Shown here: positions 58,351-64,000 of the stretch, one piece after another | Layout: each line of letters begins with the position of its first letter | How positions within the stretch are numbered: position 1 is the stretch's first letter | NCBI GenBank assembly: GCA_040081625.1 | Contig: JBEBGD010000011.1 | Location: forward strand, 28,785 to 92,784 | From: Chthoniobacteraceae bacterium | GTDB lineage: Bacteria; Verrucomicrobiota; Verrucomicrobiia; Chthoniobacterales; Chthoniobacteraceae | Direction of reading: 5' to 3' | DNA: 64,000 nt | Notes under the pieces: model-generated | The model's database searches: none | What the model was told of the DNA's origin: nothing | What the model saw: only the letters and a program-made list of their open reading frames with translations | Position numbers and translations under genes: made by a program

Positions 58351-59591
58351 TGCCCGATTCTCCGCACCAACTCTGCCGCCACGCCCTCCTCAACTGGCAG
58401 CGTGGCAGCCAGTTTGCCGACGAGATTCTCGATGAGATGTTCGATCACGAGCAGCCGTCGCCGCATGCGCGGGCGTGGACGCGCGAGGTGCTCTACGGCA
58501 CCGTCCGCCACCTCTCGCAGATCGACTTCATCATCGACCGCCTTCGGCAGGGCGAGCTCGATGCCGACACCCGCGCGCTCCTGCGAATGGGCATCTACCA
58601 GCTCTGGCACATGCGCATCGCCGCGCACGCCGCGGTGAATGAGACGGTGAACCTCGCCGGTCGCGCGCGCAGCATGGTGAACGCGATCCTCCGCCGCGCG
58701 CTCCGCGAGCGCGACGCGCTCGACAACGCGCTCGGCAAGGCGCCGGATTGGATTCGCCTTTCGCATCCGGAGTTCCTCATCCGCCGGTGGACGGAGCAGT
58801 TTGGGAAGGAGGCGGCGCTCGCGCTCTGCGAGATCAATAACCGTCCGTCGGAAGTCTTCGTCCGCGCCAACGGACTGCGCACGACCGCAGCCGAGCTCGC
58901 GCAGAGTGTCCCCGGCGCGGAGATCTGCGCCTTTCACCCGAAGACCGTCCGCACGCCCCGCCTGCCGGACTCGTGGCTGCGCGGCGGCATGTGCTACGTG
59001 CAGGACCCGAGCACGCTCGTCGCCTGCGACTTGCTCGATCCGCAGCCGACCGACCAGGTGCTCGATGCCTGCGCCGCGCCCGGCGGCAAGACGACCTATC
59101 TCTCGGAGTTGATGAATGGCCAGGGGCACATCATCGCGTGCGACCTCTGGGCATCGCGCGTCGAGATGCTCCAGCGAAACATCCGCACGCTCGGCGTGCG
59201 CAACACGCAGCCCATCGTCGCCGACCTGATGAAACCGCACGAGCTTCTCAAGCCCGGGAGCTTTGACCGCATCCTGCTCGACGCGCCGTGCTCGAACACC
59301 GGCGTGATCCGCCGTCGCGTCGATGTGCGCTGGCGGCTGAGCGAGGAGGATTTTGTGCGGATGCCCGAGCACCAGTTCGCGCTGTTACGCCGAATGGTCG
59401 GGCTTCTGCGGCCCGGCGGCGTGCTCGTCTATTCCACGTGCAGCCTCGAGCCGGAGGAAAATGAGCGCGTCATCGAGCGCGCTGTCGCCGAGCTGCCAGG
59501 TCTCGAATGCACGCACGAGCGCCGCACGCGTCCGTGGATCGACGGAGTGGACGGCGCATTCGCCGCGCGGCTCGTGCGCGCACCGGGCTAA
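58350..59591 (+). CDS. rsmB: 16S rRNA m5C967 methyltransferase RsmB/Sun
   Basis: NusB-like N-terminus (LRMGIYQL, HAAVNETV); VQD, LDACAAPGGKT, LLDAPCS, YSTCS...EEN. Confidence 0.93.
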   Translation: MPDSPHQLCRHALLNWQRGSQFADEILDEMFDHEQPSPHARAWTREVLYGTVRHLSQIDFIIDRLRQGELDADTRALLRMGIYQLWHMRIAAHAAVNETVNLAGRARSMVNAILRRALRERDALDNALGKAPDWIRLSHPEFLIRRWTEQFGKEAALALCEINNRPSEVFVRANGLRTTAAELAQSVPGAEICAFHPKTVRTPRLPDSWLRGGMCYVQDPSTLVACDLLDPQPTDQVLDACAAPGGKTTYLSELMNGQGHIIACDLWASRVEMLQRNIRTLGVRNTQPIVADLMKPHELLKPGSFDRILLDAPCSNTGVIRRRVDVRWRLSEEDFVRMPEHQFALLRRMVGLLRPGGVLVYSTCSLEPEENERVIERAVAELPGLECTHERRTRPWIDGVDGAFAARLVRAPG

Positions 59592-59625
59592 GATTTTCCT
59601 GCGCCGCAATTCGTCTCTCCCAGCG

Positions 59626-60651
59626 ATGAACACACTTTTTCCTCTCAGCCTCCTCGCCGCGATCGGGCTCCCGCTCGCGCTGCACGCAGCGGACGAGAAG
59701 CCTCCGCTCGCCTCGCCCGACGAGCCGCTCGTGGAGAAGTTCTCCTTCGTGAAAGCCGCCGAGTCGCTCGACCGCACCTCGCTCGCGTGGACGCGGCGGC
59801 ACAAGTGCGGCGCGTGCCACACGAACTACCCGTTCATGATGTCGCGCTCCGCGTTCAAGGAATTGCCGACGCCGGCGTTCGCCGAAGTGCGGAAGTGGTT
59901 TGAGGATCGCGTCGCGAATTGGGACGCCGAGGTGAAGACGAACAAGTCCTACAAGCGGGAGTCCGTCGGTCACGCGGTCGCGCTCGCCGTGGACGACGCG
60001 CGCGGGACCGGCAAGCTGCACCCGCTGACCCGCACCGCGCTCGATCGGATGTGGACGCTGCAGCGCAAGGACGGCGCGTGGGACTGGCCGAAGTGCAAGT
60101 GGCCGCCCTTCGAGATCGACGACTACTACGGCGCGCTCATGGCCGCGGTCGGCCTCGGGCACGCGCCGGAAAACTACGCCGCCGGTGATTCCGCGAAGGC
60201 CGGCATGGAAAAGCTGCGCGCTTACTTCAAGGCTACGCCGCCTCCGAGCGAGCATCATCGCGCGTGGCTGTTGTGGGCGGCGACGCGGCTCGATGGAGTG
60301 ATGAGCGATGAAGAAAAACGCGCGGCGATCAGCGCCCTGCTCGCGCTTCAGCGCGGTGACGGCGGTTGGTCGATGGAAGCGCTCGGCAAAGGCTGGGTCG
60401 GCCGCGAGGGCGAGAAGGCCAATCCCGACGCGCCGAGCGACGGCTACGGCACAGGTCTCGTGGTCTTCGTGCTGCGCGAGGCGGGAGTGGCCGCGAGCAA
60501 TCCGGCGATTCAGCGCGGCGCGAACTGGCTGCGCGCGAATCAGCGCGAGTCGGGCCGCTGGTTCGTGCGTTCATTGAACGGTGTCGAGCAGCATTACATC
60601 AGCGACACGGCCACCGCGTTCGCGGTGCTCGCGCTAAAGGCGTGCGAGTGA
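59626..60651 (+). CDS. Secreted squalene-hopene-cyclase-like (alpha/alpha barrel) protein with CxxCH
   Basis: Signal; CGACH; QW repeats QRKDGAW, QRGDGGW, QRESGRW; SDGYGTG; no DxDD motif. Confidence 0.8.
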   Translation: MNTLFPLSLLAAIGLPLALHAADEKPPLASPDEPLVEKFSFVKAAESLDRTSLAWTRRHKCGACHTNYPFMMSRSAFKELPTPAFAEVRKWFEDRVANWDAEVKTNKSYKRESVGHAVALAVDDARGTGKLHPLTRTALDRMWTLQRKDGAWDWPKCKWPPFEIDDYYGALMAAVGLGHAPENYAAGDSAKAGMEKLRAYFKATPPPSEHHRAWLLWAATRLDGVMSDEEKRAAISALLALQRGDGGWSMEALGKGWVGREGEKANPDAPSDGYGTGLVVFVLREAGVAASNPAIQRGANWLRANQRESGRWFVRSLNGVEQHYISDTATAFAVLALKACE

Positions 60652-60655
60652 TCGA

Positions 60656-63379
60656 ATGAAAAGCCTTTGCTTCGTCGGAGTCCTCGGTGCGTCCGTCGCT
60701 GCGGCTGCGCCGGTCGATTTCGTCCGCGACGTGCGCCCCATCTTCGACAGGCACTGCACCGAGTGCCACGGCGAGAAGAAGCAGAAGGCCGGGCTGCGGC
60801 TCGACATCAAGTCGGAGGCGCTGCGCGGCGGCGACGAAATGGGGCCGGACATCATCCCTGGGAAAGCGAAGGAGAGTCCGCTGATTCAGCTCGTGACGAG
60901 CGTGGACAAGGACGAGCGGATGCCGCCGAAGGGCGACGGATTATCCGCTGCGGAGATCGCGGCCCTGACTGCGTGGATCGACGACGGCGCGGTGTGGCCG
61001 GATGGCGTCGATCGCGTGAAGGTCGAGGACAAGCGCGATCACTGGTCCTTCAAGCCGCTCGCGGTGACGCCGGGCAGCCATTCGATTGACGACTTCATCC
61101 GCGCGAAGCTGCACGAGAACAGGCTCGCGATGTCGCCGGAAGCGGATCGCGTGACGTGGCTGCGGCGCGTGACGTTCGACCTCACCGGGCTTCCACCGAC
61201 GTCGGAGGAAGTCGAGGCGTTTACCGGGGCCCATGAGTCAGTCGTGAATCGGCTGCTCGACTCGCCGCGCTACGGCGAGCGCTGGGCGCAGCACTGGCTC
61301 GACGTGGTGCGCTACGCGGACACGCACGGCTTCGAGGTGAACACCGAGCGCCCGAACGCGTGGCCGTATCGCGACTACGTGATCGCGGCACTCAACGCCG
61401 ACACGCCTTACCACCGATTCATCCGCGAGCAGATCGCCGGCGACGCGCTCGGCGTGGATGCGGCGACCGGCTTCCTCGTCACCGCGTCCGTGTTGCTGCC
61501 GGGCCAGATCGGAAAGGACGAGCCATCGAAGCGCCTCGCGCGGCAGGATTCGCTCGACGAGATCGTGATGAATATCGGGCAGACCTTTCTCGGCCTGAGC
61601 GTCGGGTGCGCGCGCTGCCACGATCACAAGTTCGATCCCATCCTCCAGCGAGACTATTACGCGATGCAGGCGTTCGTCGCCGGCGTCGAGTATGGCGACC
61701 GCGAGCTGCGCACACCTAAGGCCGACGCACGCCGCGCGGAGGCGAAGACGTTGCGCACACAGCTCGGCGAGATCGACAAGCAGCTCGCGCGCTTCGTCCC
61801 GCTTGCGAAGTCGGGCGCCGAGCGTCCGCCGGTGAATGCGCGATTGAACACCGATCGCTTCGCGCCCGTGAAGACGAAGCGCGTGCGCTTCACGATCCGC
61901 GAGACGAACAATATCGAGCCGTGCATCGATGAACTCGAAGTCTTCGACACGGGCGGTGTGAATGTCGCGCTCGCGCGCACCGGGGCGACGCCCACTTCAT
62001 CCGGCGACATCATCGTCGCGGACCGGCACGAGCTTCGGCACATCAACGACGCCCAATACGGCAACTCGCGGAGCTGGATGTCGAACGAGAAGGGCAAGGG
62101 CTGGGTGGAGATCGAGTTCGCCGAGGCGCACGAGATCGAGCGCGTCGTGTGGGGCCGCGATCGCGATGGAAAATTCAGCGACCGGCTCGCGACGAGCTAC
62201 GTCATCGAAGTCGCCGATGCATCGGGCGAATGGCGCGTCGCGGCGGACTCCGGCGACCGGCGGAAGTTCGATCCTCGCGACAAGAAGCCGCCCGCGTTTT
62301 CCACGAAGGGACTCGGCGAGCACGAAGCGAAGGATGCCGACGCACTGCTCGCGCGGAAGAAATCGCTCGAGGCAAAGCTGGCGGCGGCAGAGGACGGGAT
62401 GAAGGCCTTCGCCGGCACCTTCCGCGCGCCGGATGAGATCCGCCTGCTCTCGCGCGGCGACCCCGAACAGCCGAAGGATGAAGTGCTCCCCGCGGTGCTC
62501 AGCGCGCTCGGCGAAGTGAAGCTGCCGAAGGAAACCGCAGAGCAGCAGCGCCGCGTCGCGCTCGCCGACTGGATCGCGAGCGCGGAGAATCCGCTGACCG
62601 CGCGCGTGATGGTGAATCGAATCTGGCAGGGCCACTTCGGCACCGGCCTCGTCGAGACGCCGAGCGACTTCGGGCGCAGCGGGATGAAGCCGTCGCACCC
62701 GGAGCTGCTCGACTGGCTCGCGAACGAGTTCGTCCGCTCGGGCTGGTCGGTGAAGCACATGCACCGGCTCATCGTGCTCTCCGCGGCGTATCGGCAATCG
62801 ACGCGCTCGGACCCGGATGCGGCTGCGAAGGATGCGGATGTGCGGTTGCTGTGGCGCTTCCCGTCGCGCCGGCTCGAAGCGGAGACGATCCGCGACTCGA
62901 TGCTCGCGGTCAGCGGAAAGCTGAACCTCAAGATGCATGGCCGCGGCTTCGATCTATTCGACAAGCGCGGCGGGCTGAGCGGCTTCAAGCCGGTCGAGTC
63001 CTTCGCCGGCGAAGGGCTGCGCCGCATGATCTACGCGCACAAGGTCCGCCGCGAACGCGAGGCGGTGTTCGGCGCGTTTGACTGCCCCGACGCCGGCCAG
63101 AGCACCGCGCGCCGTCGCGAATCGACGACGCCCATCCAGGCGCTCAATCTTTTCAACAGCCGCTTCACATTGGAGCAGGCCGATGCCTTCGCGGCCCGCG
63201 TGAAGGCCGACGCGGGCAACGACGTCGCGCAGCAAATCCGCCGGGCCTGGCGACTCGCACTCAATCGCGACCCGGCTGCGAGCGAACTCGAGGACGCCGC
63301 GCCCATTGTCCGCGAGCACGGACTCGCGACGCTTTGCCGGGCGATCTTCAACAGCAACGAGTTCCTTTTCCTCCCGTGA
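60656..63379 (+). CDS. Planctomycete cytochrome c + DUF1549 + discoidin-like insert + DUF1553 protein
   Basis: [10 protein letters not shown]...[77 protein letters not shown]. Confidence 0.93.
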   Translation: MKSLCFVGVLGASVAAAAPVDFVRDVRPIFDRHCTECHGEKKQKAGLRLDIKSEALRGGDEMGPDIIPGKAKESPLIQLVTSVDKDERMPPKGDGLSAAEIAALTAWIDDGAVWPDGVDRVKVEDKRDHWSFKPLAVTPGSHSIDDFIRAKLHENRLAMSPEADRVTWLRRVTFDLTGLPPTSEEVEAFTGAHESVVNRLLDSPRYGERWAQHWLDVVRYADTHGFEVNTERPNAWPYRDYVIAALNADTPYHRFIREQIAGDALGVDAATGFLVTASVLLPGQIGKDEPSKRLARQDSLDEIVMNIGQTFLGLSVGCARCHDHKFDPILQRDYYAMQAFVAGVEYGDRELRTPKADARRAEAKTLRTQLGEIDKQLARFVPLAKSGAERPPVNARLNTDRFAPVKTKRVRFTIRETNNIEPCIDELEVFDTGGVNVALARTGATPTSSGDIIVADRHELRHINDAQYGNSRSWMSNEKGKGWVEIEFAEAHEIERVVWGRDRDGKFSDRLATSYVIEVADASGEWRVAADSGDRRKFDPRDKKPPAFSTKGLGEHEAKDADALLARKKSLEAKLAAAEDGMKAFAGTFRAPDEIRLLSRGDPEQPKDEVLPAVLSALGEVKLPKETAEQQRRVALADWIASAENPLTARVMVNRIWQGHFGTGLVETPSDFGRSGMKPSHPELLDWLANEFVRSGWSVKHMHRLIVLSAAYRQSTRSDPDAAAKDADVRLLWRFPSRRLEAETIRDSMLAVSGKLNLKMHGRGFDLFDKRGGLSGFKPVESFAGEGLRRMIYAHKVRREREAVFGAFDCPDAGQSTARRRESTTPIQALNLFNSRFTLEQADAFAARVKADAGNDVAQQIRRAWRLALNRDPAASELEDAAPIVREHGLATLCRAIFNSNEFLFLP

Positions 63380-63385
63380 CGCGCG

Positions 63386-64000
63386 TCAGGGCCGCGTCAC
63401 TTCGAGGCGCAGGTAGCGCTGCGGATGAGCAGGGTCGGTGATGAGGTAGAGGTCGCGAACTTCAACTGCGCGAGTCGCGCCGCTGCCGGTCTCACTGACC
63501 GTGACTCCGCCGATGAGCGCAGCGAATGGTGCGCCCGCCGTGCTCCGCGCGAGGTCCGTCCATGGCCCGGCGAGTGAGTCGCAGCCTTGCACCGTCATGG
63601 TGACGTCGGTGTTCGCGAGCGTGCGGCTGAAAGCGAGGGCGAGCTTGCCGGAGGCGACGCTGTTCTGCGGCTGCTGGCTTTGTGAAGCGACGTTCGGCTC
63701 ACCTCCGAGCGCGTATTCGAGCAGATTCACAAGCCCATCGAAATCCAAGTCCACCAAGCTGCCGGAGACGGACGGGTTGTTCGTGTTCGTGCCAAATTTC
63801 GCCACCTGCCAGCTCTGCCACGCTGTCGGCGTGATGCGGGTCAGCATCACGTCGTTGCCGTTGCCGCCGACGTAGCTGATGCGCCACCACTGCGCGTCTT
63901 CGTAAAACTCGGCGTCCTGCGGCAGACCCGCGAAGGTGCCGCTGACGGCGGCGGGGCCGGCATTATCGATGATCGTGAAGGTGCTGCCCGCGGAGAGACC
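63386..64000 (-). CDS. C-terminus of a large secreted passenger-like protein (starts beyond window)
   Basis: Frame open to 64000: GSTFTIIDN...VSGTFAGLP...ISYVGGNGNDVML, then W..W...F, DLDFDGLVNLLEYALGGEP and terminal RYLRLEVTRP. Confidence 0.85.
   Translation of the reverse strand, partial: GLSAGSTFTIIDNAGPAAVSGTFAGLPQDAEFYEDAQWWRISYVGGNGNDVMLTRITPTAWQSWQVAKFGTNTNNPSVSGSLVDLDFDGLVNLLEYALGGEPNVASQSQQPQNSVASGKLALAFSRTLANTDVTMTVQGCDSLAGPWTDLARSTAGAPFAALIGGVTVSETGSGATRAVEVRDLYLITDPAHPQRYLRLEVTRP

Noticed and set aside
60662..60700. Signal peptide [12 protein letters not shown] loosely resembling the CTCTGTG repeat family
   Set aside because: Too degenerate to support.
1..64000. CRISPR arrays, tRNA/rRNA genes, transposases, integrases, clear Rho-independent terminators
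   Set aside because: None recognised; intergenic space is minimal and the hairpins seen lack U-tracts.

Overview
High-GC bacterial DNA whose gene content (DUF1552/DUF1592, DUF1549/DUF1553, a PVC-type heme protein, a Verrucomicrobia-style C-terminal domain) points to the PVC superphylum, most likely Verrucomicrobia. Bases 1 to about 49,870 form one uninterrupted minus-strand run of 33 genes, essentially all with Sec- or Tat-like signal peptides and often joined by 4-nt stop/start overlaps. The run holds 16 Cys-type (formylglycine) sulfatases, 3 PhoD-family phosphatases, 2 ceramidase-like amidohydrolases, esterases, and redox or c-type heme proteins. It has no recognisable glycoside hydrolase, transporter, regulator or sulfatase-maturation enzyme. 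A bipartite motif (AATG-N23-GYTGYTTAGT) occurs in front of the first and the last gene of the run. The right 14 kb contains an orphan PstS-like protein, a membrane-anchored tandem L7/L12-CTD protein, and a probably leaderless MerR-like + VIT/vWA operon. It also contains a DUF6883/DUF4926-like two-gene cassette flanked by a perfect 17-bp direct repeat that duplicates the 3' end of the cysteine desulfurase gene. After these come tolB, DUF58, rsmB, a CxxCH-bearing terpene-cyclase-fold protein, a DUF1549/DUF1553 cytochrome and the end of a large secreted protein. All family calls come from motif recognition by eye; no searches were run.
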